This document shows, piece by piece, positions 33,701-45,700 of a stretch of 64,000 bases of DNA. The position numbers and the translations under genes are program-made. The DNA is from Vitrella brassicaformis CCMP3155 (Eukaryota; Protista; Chromerida): positions 1 to 64,000 of the forward strand of contig CDMY01000878.1 of the NCBI GenBank assembly GCA_001179505.1. The letters run 5' to 3'. Within the stretch, counting starts at the first letter, position 1. Each line of letters begins with the position of its first letter. Under the pieces are notes generated by a model. That model was not told where the DNA came from and ran no database searches. It was given only the letters and a program-made list of their open reading frames with translations.

Positions 33701-36422
33701 GGAGGGCCCAGGCACACTCGATGCCCCCGGCCGTCAGAGGGACCCTGGTGCGGGTGGCCGAGGTGCTCACCACGCCGCAGTGGGTCGACAGGTCAGTGAG
33801 AGAGCAAAAACACAAATGGGTCAAGGGAAGAGCAATGGCTGGATGTGTGTGTGTGCGTGTGAAGGCTGGATGCTGCTGATGTGGATTGGCTGGTCAAGTC
33901 GCTCACATCCGTGGGCATCGACACCACCAACGACCGGCACCTTCCCATCTGGAAGGCACTCTGCGAGCGGGTCGCCGTCCTCGCAGACACATCCCCAGAC
34001 CTCACCAGCGTCATCTACGCCTTCATCGAACTCACGAGAGCGCGGGCGTACCACCCTGCAATCGTGCAGCGGCTCGCAACTGCCCTCACGGAGCGGCGCG
34101 CTACTGCTGGTGAGGTCAGCCTGCCGGCGTCGGTTCTGTGTCGGCTGGCCCAGGCACTCGCCAAGTGTCCGACGGGCCAGGCAGAGAGGAAATGCCTTCA
34201 CTTCATCGCACAGACAGCAGGTGAGTACTTACTTGGGCGAATGGCGAATGGATCGATGGCTGTTCTTCACTATGAATGTCTGCAGCGAGTCGGTCTCTTG
34301 ATCTGGATTTCGCTGCTGCGTCGATCATCGTCCGTGCGCTGGCCATCGGCCACGTGTTCCGCCCCGACTTCTTCCAGCGGATCTTCTCCCACTGCGCCGC
34401 CCTCACCAACCGCTTCAACGCCGCTGAGCCGCTGCCCAAACGATACCAGATCTCGGCTGCACGGCTGCAACAGGTCAGCTGCCTTCCTTACACCCCACAC
34501 ACACAACGAACCGCTCCCTCCCTCGCTGCATGCGATGCGTCTGTGTATGGTTGTGAATGTTTCAGGCGCGTCTGGCATGGGAGATGGAGACAGGTGCGGC
34601 GGGCCAGATCGCCCCCTACGCCCTCCCATCCCTTGCTGCCCCCATGCCCCCACCCCCCCGCCCCAGGCAGCCCGCCACTGACACTGATACCACCCCACAG
34701 CAGCCTACCACTGCCCCGCCAGCATCGCCTCGGTTGGCTCTCGAGGAGGCGTGGGAGGAGCTCGAAGAGGAGACCAACGAAGAAGAGGAAGAAGAAGAAG
34801 AAGACGGCAAAACCGACGAGGGCGACGCAGACAGAGAGGGGGAGGATGGGAGCTCAACCGAAGGGGAGGATGTTGGCGGGTGCGAGGATGTGTCGGCGTT
34901 ATCTTTGTCGTCGTCACCGTATGTGGCTGCCAGTGGCGGCGGTGGCGCGAGGGCGATGGCGCGGTGGCGTGGGGCGCTGATGGAGAACACCGATGAGATC
35001 ACGTCGTCAGGTCTGCATACCGACATGTCGCGCATCCTGGGGGAGGTGCTGGGCGTGCCGCATGACAACGAGGTCGTCACTCAAGACGGCATCTCCATCG
35101 ACATACAACTCAAAAAGGTAAGTTATAAGTTACTAACGGCACATGTCATGTGCCTCACCGCACTTGTGGTGTGCTGCAGCCGGGTTATGAGCACTATGCG
35201 ATTGAGGTCGACGGCCCGCATCACTACGTCAGAGATGTCACCACGGTAGGCACACGCTCCGTTCCCCGATAAATAAATCTTCCTTACTGTGCCATCCATC
35301 CATCCATGCCCCCGGCTCCCCCCCCCCCNNNNNNNNNNNNNNNNNNNNNNNNNNNNNNNNNNNNNNNNNNNNNNNNNNNNNNNNNNNNNNNNNNNNNNNN
35401 NNNNNNNNNNNNNNNNNNNNNNNNNNNNNNNNNNNNNNNNNNNNNNNNNNNNNNNNNNNNNNNNNNNNNNNNNNNNNNNNNNNNNNNNNNNNNNNNNNNN
35501 NNNNNNNNNNNNNNNNNNNNNNNNNNNNNNNNNNNNNNNNNNNNNNNNNNNNNNNNNNNNNNNNNNNNNNNNNNNNNNNNNNNNNNNNNNNNNNNNNNNN
35601 NNNNNNNNNNNNNNNNNNNNNNNNNNNNCCCCCCCCTCTTAGGGTCTGTTTGTGCCACATGCGACGACGACCTACAAACGGCGGATGCTCGAGGGCCGTG
35701 GCTGGCGCGTCGTGTCCATCCCCTTCTACGACATCATCAGAAGGCAACGGAGCCGCATCGGCTACCTCAGGAGGAAGATGCGCGAGATCGGCGTCATCAA
35801 GTCAGGCAGGAAACACCAGAAACCCCCACGACCGCCGCCCTCGCCGACTAAAGCCCCACGAGCGGCACCGGCCAACGCCTCTCTCACGACAACCGTCTCG
35901 ACCGTTGTCCAAGGAAAGGCTGATGTGCTGGGCATGGTGCAGAGGGCAGGGGCAGCAAACGAGACCAGAAGCAGCGGCACACCCAGGGCGATGGCGGGCC
36001 TGCCATTGCGGCAGCAAGGGCCGTCGCTCCCCGACCAGTGGCGCCGCACTCGGCGGAAGAAGCGCGTGTTTCCCCTGCAGCTGGCCGACGGCAAGAAGGT
36101 GCGCGTGCTTGTCGACCACCAGAGGACATTCCCCTTCCCTGGCCACCAGGGGGGAGACAACTTGAAGAAGCCCTCCAAGCGCTATCCCCCACCTCCACCC
36201 CATCCGCCCCCATCCCCGGCACTCCCCAGCCAGGCACCGCCAGGAGAGAGCACTACACCGACCGAGTCGCCCTCATCAGCTGCAGCTGGCGGCAACACGA
36301 GCCCTTCCGTGTCTCAGCGGCCGCTGCAGACTGCGGCACTGGTGCAGCGGCTGGCCGAAGCACAGCAGAGGGCAGGCGGGGACGAAGACGGCGGTGAACA
36401 GACTTCCCCGTGGAGTGAGTGA
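27741..36422 (+). CDS. Very large helical-repeat (HPR/OPR/FAST-like) RNA-binding protein with a RAP domain; predicted plastid-targeted
   Basis: Leader LCLITALLLLIQLAHS..SASF. Repeats: SLATCLWSLTKL, AQAVANVVWAMGRV, PQGVANILFGLGAL, AQGLANVMWAIARL, SLASLVWSIGHL. RAP signature: LHTDMSRILGEVLGVPHDNEVVTQDGISIDI..AIEVDGPHHY..ATTTYKRRMLEGRGWRVVSIPFYD. A 300-N gap lies at 35329-35628, apparently in an intron within the RAP region. Confidence 0.85.
35329..35628. other. Assembly gap (300 N)
   Basis: N run flanked by poly-C on both sides, inside the RAP gene. Confidence 0.98.
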
Positions 36423-36839
36423 GTGAGTGAGTTAGGATCTGGCGGGTGTCGAAGGTAGACAGACATAAGGAAGAGAGGGAATGAGACGACATTTATGGTT
36501 TTGAGATGGACACTGGCGATTGAGCATGGCGATTTTGAGATGCCACGAGGGAATGCAGCCAGGCAGGCAGTCGGCGAACTGATTGGATGGATGGATGTGG
36601 TCTGGACATGCAGTGGGCGACTCAGGAGGGAGGGGGTATCCTGTTGGATCGCATGCAGTCAGTATTTGTGGTTGTGTGCGTGTGTCGACTAACGCTCTGA
36701 CAAGACACGTGTCAACTGCGTACAAGACACCCTCAGACACACTGCCTGCTCGCATCATGATGCCAGAATGCATTCGATCGCCGCATTCGGCTGCGAGCTT
36801 CAAAAGTGAGGAGAGTCCTCTTGTGGCTCTCAGCTGGAG

Positions 36840-37945
36840 ATGTCTTCAACTCCGCTAAAGGTGTTCATTCTGGTGCTGGTGCACTGCGGCAATGGACTAT
36901 GCTTCTCATCGGCAGCGCGGCAACATCCAAGCTTCCTTGGATCTCAAGGCACTGGAATAAGCCGTCCTGGCAGACTACGAAGGCCGCATGCACCAGCACG
37001 GCCCTGTCCGGCCATCTACAGGCTTCCCTTGCTGCTTATGAGTGATGACGATGCCTCTGACTCGCCACCTGTCATTGAGCGGCTCCTTATTGTTGGCGCG
37101 AGCAAGAAGTTGGGGCTGGAGGTGGCTCGCCAAGCGCAAGAAAGATCTCTCAAACAAGATCCGCAGTTGATCGGCTCTATCCACGTGTCTATTCAGCCCG
37201 ACAGCGACTCTCCCTTTGCTGACGACGGTGCCCTCCAGATGCACCGGTGCGACGTGATGAACCCGCTGGGTGTCAAGTATCTGCTGACGGAGGTGCGGCC
37301 CGATGTGCTCATCAGCTGTGTTGGCGGCAGCTGGGACAACGCCTCCATGTTTGCCGTCCAGGACAAAGAGTCCGTTGACGAGGAGCTCAGTGTCGACTTC
37401 GCCGGCAATCGGCACCTGATCGACTGTGCGGCTGAACGGGGTGACGTGAGGCACTTTGTGCTGGTGTCGGCTGTGGGGGCGTCTGAGTCTGAAGGGTGGA
37501 TTCCCAGCCAGGCCCGGGACAGCTTGAGAGTGTGGCTGATGAACAAGTCCAAGGCCGAGAGCCACTTGCGCAGAAGCGGGCTGCCCTACACCATCATAAG
37601 GCCGTGTCCGATGGACGACAGCCAGGGGGCCGACGCCCGCCACCACCACCACGCCGTCCTCACTGAAGGTACCTACGTGCACAGGGGATACACACACAGC
37701 ACAGCGCAGCCCCTCCTCTCCCCCCTCTCCCTCTGTCTCTGTGTGTCCTACCAGGCCCTGATGTGTACGGCTTGGTGTCCCGGTCCGACGTGGCGAGCAA
37801 GATTTTGGACTGCGTGGGTTCGCGGCGGGCTGTGGTGGGCAAGACTCTGTCGGTGGTCGACACGGAGCGGGTATTGCAGGCCAACCCGTACGTAAGGGCC
37901 CTCGAGGTGTGGGAGAGCGTCCCTTTCAAGGAATACGTGGTTTAG
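36840..37945 (+). CDS. Atypical SDR / NAD(P)-binding Rossmann-fold protein (NAD_binding_10-like) with a signal+transit-like leader; 2 exons
   Basis: LLIVGASKKLGLEVAR, CDVMNP, VDFAGNRHLIDCA, FVLVSAVGA, KSKAESHLRRSGLPYTIIRP, GLVSRSDVA..LSVVD. Hydrophobic N-terminus (VFILVLVHCGNGLCF). Confidence 0.85.
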
Positions 37946-40462
37946 ATAGAGAGCCTTCTCGTGGGCTCTAGGGGGGGGTTGCATGAGCTGTAGCTGTCGT
38001 CGAATTTGCGTTAGTTGTGTCGGTCGGTCTGTGGCATGTATGTGTGTGTCTGTGTCGCAATAATCGCGACAGATGGACAAACCAAACCATTCACTCATCG
38101 TTTTGTTCGACTGCCGACATTCTTAAGAAGGTACGTTCATTTGACTCACTCCTTCGTGTGACGTGACATTCACACCTATACCCTAAACCCATTCACTCGT
38201 TCATTCTTCAGCAAACAAGAAGAAACACGTCAGCTGTTCTAACTCTTTCTTTGGCTGACGCACAACACAAACAGCATGCACACAAACACCGGACGTATGG
38301 AGACCGAGGAAGAACAAGCATGGCAATGCACTGGAGCTGTCGTACTCAGTCAGTGCTCATGGAGGAGTGGATGGATACGTCAGGCAGTAAGGTGAGAGCC
38401 AACGGGGATTCAATCGCATGGACAAGCGGCGGGGGGGAGGAACTAAACGGCAGACAGACAGGCAGACAGGCACACAGACGGAGGGGGGTTGGGGTGGAGA
38501 GGCAGACGTACGTACCATAGAGGACCAAAAATGTGTTTGTTGCTGCTGAGGGATGGGAGGAGGGCACTACAGACACACAGTCATCAGATCGACATGCAAT
38601 CGCAACATTCGCATTTCATGCCATGCACACGCAGAACCACTCACACAACGAATCAACCACACAGGCACCCACTCCCTCCCGCCCCCCGGCGCATCGCTGC
38701 TGGACCCACGGCGCCCGCCGTGCGATGTAGTCTGTATCATCACACACATGGCCGACGCCGGCGCAACACACGCAGCTAGGCAGCTTTCTGCGCCCACCGA
38801 CCCACCGACCCGCCCCAGCCTTCAAATTCCCTCCCCCCGGCAACCAACGCACGAACATTACATGAGATGAGATGCGATGAGATGAGAGGCAGGCACAACT
38901 GAGTGAATTGCTGTGGTAGGTTTCGACAAACAATCGGGATGATGCATGCACCAACCAACGGCCCGGCCAGACAGGAGAGGCAGCGAGGGTAACAACTGCC
39001 ACCAACAACCATGGAAGGAATGCGGCCGTCCGTGTGTGTGTAAGTGCATATGACCGTATGTATGATCTGAGTGAGTGAGTGAGTGGGTGAGTAGTGAGTG
39101 TATGAGAGTCCGCAGTCAGTCAGGTCAGTCAGTCAGGGTGCTCCGCCTTCTCTGCAGTGTAATATGTACACTGCCAGGCCACGCACACCCACACGTAGCT
39201 GTAGCTGTAGCTGGCTGGGTCAAAAACTCCTCTCTCTGCCTGCCTGCCAGCCTGCCTGCCTGCCAGCTTCCGACGAGGGAAACAAAGGCCTACACAAACA
39301 AACGTTTGTTTAACAGACGACAGACGCCACGCAACCACCGGAATGGTCTGCAGATACGTTGGGTATGTGTGTATGTGTGTATGTGTGTAAGAGGGTACAC
39401 GCACAGGCAGGGAGGCAGGGAGGGAGGGGGGAGGGGGTGGGCGGGGTAGACAGCAAGTGAGTTCAACACGCATGACTGACGGATGGATGGCATATTTCGT
39501 TGAGGAGAGAGAGGAGGCATCCCCTAAAAATGGGACAGGACGCGAGGCAATCACGACAGACACGCAGTACGGACGTACGCAGGAAGCCGGCCAGCCAGGC
39601 AGGTAGGCAGGCAGGCAGGCAGAGGTCGATGGGCAGGCTCTTAAATTTGAAGAGCGGCTCCTTCGCCCATCGACCCCGCCCGCCCATGGATACAAATGCA
39701 CTGACTGAGGGAGGGGGGGATGGGTGCCTGGCTTGGCTAAGAAGGAAGCAACGAGTGTGGTGTACTACGCAAACAACGGGAGTGACCAATGGGTATCAGG
39801 CAGACAGGCAAAGAGGTAGGCAGGCAGACAAACACATCGGACGGGACAAAACTCACGTAATCGATCGGGCAGGTGTATGTAGGTATGTATGTATGCAGCG
39901 CATCTCACACTGAGCGATGCGTTTCCCCGTCCAGCCGGGGCAAAGGGGCCGTCCCCCAGCGTCGGTCGGTGCTACTGCTTATACTCCCATGAATCCCTCC
40001 GTGTCGAAAAAGACGACCCATTGTGTCTCGTGCGCAGGCAGACAAACAGGCAGGCAGGCAGGCAGGCGTAGCGAGGAAGACCTAGACAGAGAGAAGGCGA
40101 TTCATTCACAACGCAGAGCTCGCTGAATTGTGTGCTCATGAATGCAATGCGCCCCGACCGGCGGAGACGGACGGAGGGAGAGAAAGACATAGACTGTAGC
40201 AGCTGAGATCTCAGGACTTACAAGAGGTCATAATGCAGCCAAGCCACTCACTCCCTCATTGACGGAAAACTGAGAGGGCCCCGCCCTCAGCCCGCCCCGC
40301 CCCCCAGGCAGACGTGACATCATCACATCACATAAGTACATGCATTATATAGGTATGTATCCGTCGTATACACACACACGCATCACAAGTCAGAGTACAC
40401 ACACGAGCAGTCAGTCAGTTGGCTACGGCTACCTCAGCCCGCCTCGATCCGACCCACACCAC

Positions 40463-41988
40463 TTAGGTTTCCCTGCGCCAGGAGCGTTCGCTCTGCGTCT
40501 GCATGAGCGACGACCCGTTGATCAGTGTGGGCATGTAGTGGCTAAACGGGCTGGATGCCCCCTCCCCCTCAGCCACCCTCCTCTCCTCTCTATCGCCTGC
40601 ATCACGACGCGCCGCCCCCTCTATTGCGCCGGGGTGGGGGTGTAGAGGTCCAATCGGCAGTTGCCGACCAGTCGGCACATCCCTGACAGCCTGACACACA
40701 CACCACACAACACAGAGCAACCAGCAATGACACAGCAATGAGACATCCAACCATCGATCGCACCATGCAACCATCCAGAACTGCCTGTGCGTGTGTTGGC
40801 TTTACCACATCGGAGCTGCCATTGGTTAGCGGTGGTGGTGGTTGTGGTGGTGGTGGTGGAGGGGGTGGAGGGGGCATCGCATGTGCGTATGGATTGCGGG
40901 GTATGAGGCCTTTGGGGGTGATGAAGTATGGAGCAGGCATGATTGTGGGAGGCCTGACTCGCTCTCGTTTGATGTCACGGGAGGGGGGAGGCGGCGGGAA
41001 TGGTGGAGGGGGAGGGGCTGGTGGGGGTGGCGAGACGTCCGCAGCACTTGACTCGTAGCCGCTGGAGCCGTCAACATGCTGGGAATCGCTGGGGGCCCGC
41101 TCGCCGCTGGCTGGTGGTATGGACAAGTGTTGAGGTCGGGGCGGGCGACCGTGTTGAGGTGGGGGCGGGCGACACACCGAACATCCATCCTCCGGTACCT
41201 GACGGGGAGGGACAGAATCAACAAAGCGGGATCGATTCAATAAACGCGTCCCCAACACCACATTTGTTTCTTACACACCTGTCTGTGTGGCTGCTCTTGC
41301 CGTCTCATGCTGCCGATCTTGCTGTTGAGTAAGGCCCGAATGCTGCCCTCCAGCAGTCGCAGGCGCTCCTGTGTCACTGCGGCTGCTGCACAGTAAGTCT
41401 CCATCTGGTGCATGTACTCCTGCCGCGCTGCAGCCACAGAATCACGAGGACATGTACTCAACATGACACACACCATCGGACATGTCACACACGTGCTCTT
41501 TCCCTCCCTCCCGCTTGGTAGATCGTACCAGCGGTTTGCTCAGCCAGTTCGTTCAGGAGCCTGCCCTGCTTCACGCACTGCTCCTCAAGCGAGGAGCACG
41601 GCAGCACGCCATTGGTTGGCGGCGTGTGGGCGCGACGACGGCCACCCGGTTGATTCGCTGCCTGAAGAACCAACCGACAGGCAGTAAGTGCACACACCTA
41701 CATCCAGCCCGGCGGTGGTGTAGGTGAGCATTGACACAATGCCATCACCGTGGATTCGAAGGTAAGCTGCAACGGTTGCAGCCCTCTCTCCAGCTCAAGA
41801 GCAGAGCGCACAGACTCCACCTCTCGCAAGAGGCCTGCAGCGGAACAGCGCACACGGAGAGAGCTTATCCATGGTATGCTTGTGCCTGTTGTCGGCATAT
41901 CTCTCCTGTCTGCCAGTGGTCTGTGAGAGTCACCCTCAGGTCCACTTGATCTGGCGAGGCTCTCCAGCTCGTCCAGAATACTGATCAT
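40463..41988 (-). CDS. Hypothetical protein with N-terminal coiled-coil segments and polyproline tracts; 6 exons (true start may lie upstream)
   Basis: Five GT-AG introns splice in frame: MISILDELESLARS|SLLREVESVRSALELER..EST|AANQ..LNELAEQTA|ARQEYMHQMETY..LRLLEGSIRALL..RQ|VPEDG..PPPPAPPPPPFPPPPP..SSDV|AVRDVP..WRRET*. Confidence 0.6.
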
Positions 41989-42054
41989 ATTGCGCCTTCG
42001 TTCGCTGCCCGCCTCCCATGACTTCCTCACTGATTATATTGCGCCTTCGTTCGC
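41981..42054. repeat. 25-bp direct repeat with a 49-bp period
   Basis: CTGATCATATTGCGCCTTCGTTCGC (41981-42005) versus CTGATTATATTGCGCCTTCGTTCGC (42030-42054), 1 mismatch. Confidence 0.85.
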
Positions 42055-42068
42055 GTCCTCCATCACCC

Positions 42069-42101
42069 CTAGGGTTTAAAACCAAAGGACGGAAACCCTA
42101 G
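42069..42101. promoter_or_regulatory. Inverted pair of telo-box-like motifs (CTAGGGTTT ... AAACCCTAG)
   Basis: Perfect 9-bp inverted repeat (42069-42077 / 42093-42101) with a 15-nt spacer, ~80-110 bp upstream of the 41988 ATG. The regulatory role is inference. Confidence 0.3.
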
Positions 42102-42709
42102 ACTCAGGAACCCTTCACCCTCGAATTTACACATTGGCAAGATGAGTTCCGCCCCGCACAAGGCGAGCTAGAGGGTGGCAGTGGGAGGACAGTGGCCTCG
42201 ATGCAATCATGCAGCAGAGGAGGTGGAGGGGGGGAGGGTGAGGTTGTAGGAGGGAGGCAGGGGGATTGTTGGAGACTGGGAGATGTGTTGGAGATCGGTG
42301 GACAGACATACATAGAGAGGCCGCGGGCGAAGTGAGAGAGATAGGGAGACACGGAGGGAGGGCCATGCCCAGCCACGAGTCACACATCAACAGGGCATCA
42401 AATGTAGCCGCAGTCTATAGAAGTCCTCAAAAGTGGGCTTCCAGCTGAAACATGCAGGGCAAAAGCCACCCACAGGCTCAGCTTTGAAGTCAGAACTGAA
42501 CAGAACCCCTGGCCAACAAATACGTTATGGCTGTGTGCGCTTGTACGCAGGACAGCATAGACATCCACGCACAACGGGCCTCTACGCACTTCTACGATCG
42601 ATGGCATAGCTACGATCGATGCCGCCTGTCTGTCTGTCCGTCTGTCTGTCTGTCCAAAGAGACATACAAATGACAAATGATACACAGAGACTCTGATGAC
42701 CTAGCTCAT

Positions 42710-45700
42710 TTATGACAGCACAGCCGAGGGCCTTCTGTTCATCGCGCTGCCGCCAACCGCAAAAGACTGTCTCCTGTTGGCAAAAGACATCTGAGCCTCA
42801 AGGCCGCTTGCTCCCGCCCCCGGGAAGTTATCCAGCTGCTGCAGCACGATATTGAGTTTGCGAACGCTCCGCAGCAGGTCTCTTAGGAAGGAACCCTCCT
42901 CACGTAGCAGACGCTCAATATCAAACAGCCTACTTACAAACGCTCCACCTGTAAGCCACAGCAGACAAGGCGAGACGCGCACGCGAGATACAATTGTGCA
43001 TTCGTCCTGTGTCTTTGTTTCTTACCTCTCTGTCCCTCGGCCTCAGTGGATGTCTCTGAGGGCAGGAAAAGAGTGCCAGCCACCTCCTCCTCGTTCAGTA
43101 TCTCATCCCACAGGGGCGAGACCTCTCCTTCCATGCCCTCCTCGGCACCAATAGCTCGGCGCTGGGCGCCCTGCATCATAAGCTCTGCCTCTTTCTGCTT
43201 CAGCTCCTGCTGGCCAGTCTTCTCAAGCAGCTTCCTCTGTTTCTCCAGCCGCTGCGCCTGCTTCTCCTTGAACTTGCGTTGCTCCTCCTCGCTCCTCTTC
43301 ATTTGCCGCTCCTTCTGGGCCTTCTTCTTGGCTTGCAACCTGCATTCATTTCATTCATGGGGCCATCCAGAGGTGCGTGTGTTTCTGTGGTGTCAATACG
43401 TCCATACGTCTCACCTCTCCTCCAATGACTTTACTTGGCGGTCCCGCTCAGCTGAATGAGCACAGAGACACAAAGCAGACAGAGAGGGGACAAGAGACTG
43501 ATCGAGCGTGCAGGGCGGGGATAAGGTTGATCGTCCGCCCACCGTCCAGTGAGGCCACCAGCTGCTGCTGCTCCTCCTCAAACTGCCGCAGAATCTCGGC
43601 CTTCTTCTCGTCGTCATCCTTATTGTCTGACTTGGCCAGGTCCATCTTCTTCTTCCGAAGCACCTCCTGCTCCTGCAGCACCTTGTCCCTCAGTCGAGTG
43701 GCCCGCTGCTCAGCCGCCTCGCGGTCTTTTTGCGCCTGTGCCTCCAGCTTCTCTTCAAAGTCCTGGAGCTCACGCTCCTGCAGGAGTGGTACATACATAC
43801 ATGCATGCATAAATGTGTGTCACGCGTCTGGCTTGGCTCTTCTTACCAGTTTCTGCTTCTCGAGTGCTTCCCTCTGTGCCCACTCTTCCTCCATGAGCCG
43901 CATTCGCTGATGGATCTCCTCCTCCTTCTTGCGCTGGAACTCCTCGAGCTTGGCGCGGTCCACGAGGTCCCTCTCCTCCTGTGCCTTGACGTATCGCTCC
44001 ACGTGTGAGATCTCGCCGAAGGCGTCCGTCAGCTCCTGCACGTGCCGCTCCTTCAGCGCCATCATCTCCTCTTCTTGAGACTCGTCGACCTGACAGACAC
44101 GACAAGCACATGAAAGAGGGCAGCGGCGTTAGGCAAGAGGGCTCGATAGCCGGAGGCCAGAACAATACCTCTCGTGTGACCTTCGCCAGAGTGGTGTCGC
44201 ACTTGGCCTGTGTGCAAAGATTGGTGGGCGTGTCAAGTGCATGCACACAAGTTGCAGGTGAGTAGACGGACCTTGTGTTGTTTCTCGAGCTCTGCGATCT
44301 CCGCCTGCCGTTTCTTCGCCGTCGCTGGTGTCTCGTCGTAAGTCTTGGGGCACTTAGCCATTATGTCACTGTGCAACAGACGAGAGATGGCCATTTCACA
44401 GTCTACGTCTCCCATGATTAGCCGTCAACAGTTTTGCTTACGCGAGGCCCTGGTCTCTCTCCTTGTTGAGCTCGTCGAGTGCGTGCGCCAGCTTGATGGC
44501 CTTTTGGCGGAAGTGCAACGACAGCATGTCGTTGGCCTCGCGCTCATGACGCTGGTACAGCACCTGCCATTATGCAACCACCAGACAGAGAGATTTATCC
44601 GGAGCCTCTGTTGTCTGTGTGGATCCCTTACGCACCTGCTTGACCATCTCGGTCGGCGGTGCGGCGGCCTCGCCCTCCTCCTCAGCAGCCTGCGCCTGGG
44701 CCATCTGCTTCAAAGTCTCTGCCTCAGCCCGGCGCTCAGCCTACATACCAACGACAACCATCCAGAGAGTGCAGAGACACCGAAAAATTGTGGGCTTACG
44801 GCGCTCTGGGCCTCGATCTGCTGCTTCATTTGCTCCAGCTTCTGCTCCTCAAGCTGCTTCTCATGCTCGCGTCGCATGGCCTGCTCCTTGGCCTTCAGGC
44901 GCTTCTTCCTGGCTGCCAGTTTTGCCTCGAGAGCCACATCCTGCTTCTGTGCTTCTTCGTTGATGGCCGTGTCGATCTTGTCCATCTGAACCGCCAAATC
45001 TGTACAACCAACATACAGCAGAGAAGACACAGAGAATGACAGAAGGGAAGATGCGACTGAACATTTCTTTCTTGGTACTGACCTTGCATGATCCTCTTTT
45101 TGGCGTCCTGAGTGGCCGCCTTGGCTGCCTTCTGCTCGGCCTCCTGGCGCAGCTTCTTCTTCTCCTCTTCCATCTTCTGCTGTTTCTTCTTCTGCTCCAT
45201 GGCCACTTCACGCTGAACGGCGGCACGAGCTGCCTGCACCTCGCGCTGTGACGTGGCAAGGAATGGGATGCAGGCAGTGTTGAATGTCAGGAACTGATCA
45301 TACCTCCATTTCCGCCTTGAGCTCTCTGAGTGCCTCTTCCTGCTCCTGCTGGACGGCCGCAAGCTCCTCAGCATGCTGCACAGCCATCTCTTCCTTCGTC
45401 GCAGTGGCCAGGGCCCTAAAAAAACAGGTTCAACGCCGCCTTCGTCAAGCCCACCGTCTCGTCTCTGCTGGCTTACTTACCTGGCGACGGCCAGGGCGGC
45501 ATCGGCAGCACCCGTCATAACGGCGACCTGCTCTTCGGCTTGCAGCTCACGGACGGCGTTCTCGTGGGTCTGGTCCTGCTTGACGGCCTCATCCACCTGC
45601 CTGGCCGCCAGGCGAGCCCGCCTGGCGGCCATCTTGTCCTTGAGGCCCTGCTCCTGCACCATCCGCTCAGCGTTGAGACTCTCCACCATGCGCTCCTCGT

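Noticed and set aside
27713-34301. Many long overlapping and antisense ORFs (e.g. 27713-28588, 29221-29871, 32300-33637)
   Set aside because: Shadow frames of GC-rich coding sequence, with low-complexity R/P/A-rich translations and no motifs.
8029-35628. Three exactly 300-nt N runs, producing long X-containing ORFs
   Set aside because: Fixed-size scaffolding placeholders at C/G-homopolymer-rich tracts. This is a sequencing/assembly effect, and the true lengths are unknown.
42396-42607. Possible PX-like N-terminal exons (..DVYAVL..WKPTFEDFYRLRLHL) for the 40463 gene
   Set aside because: Joining them needs a 29-nt intron, much shorter than the other introns checked here, and I could not link them in frame to the downstream exons.
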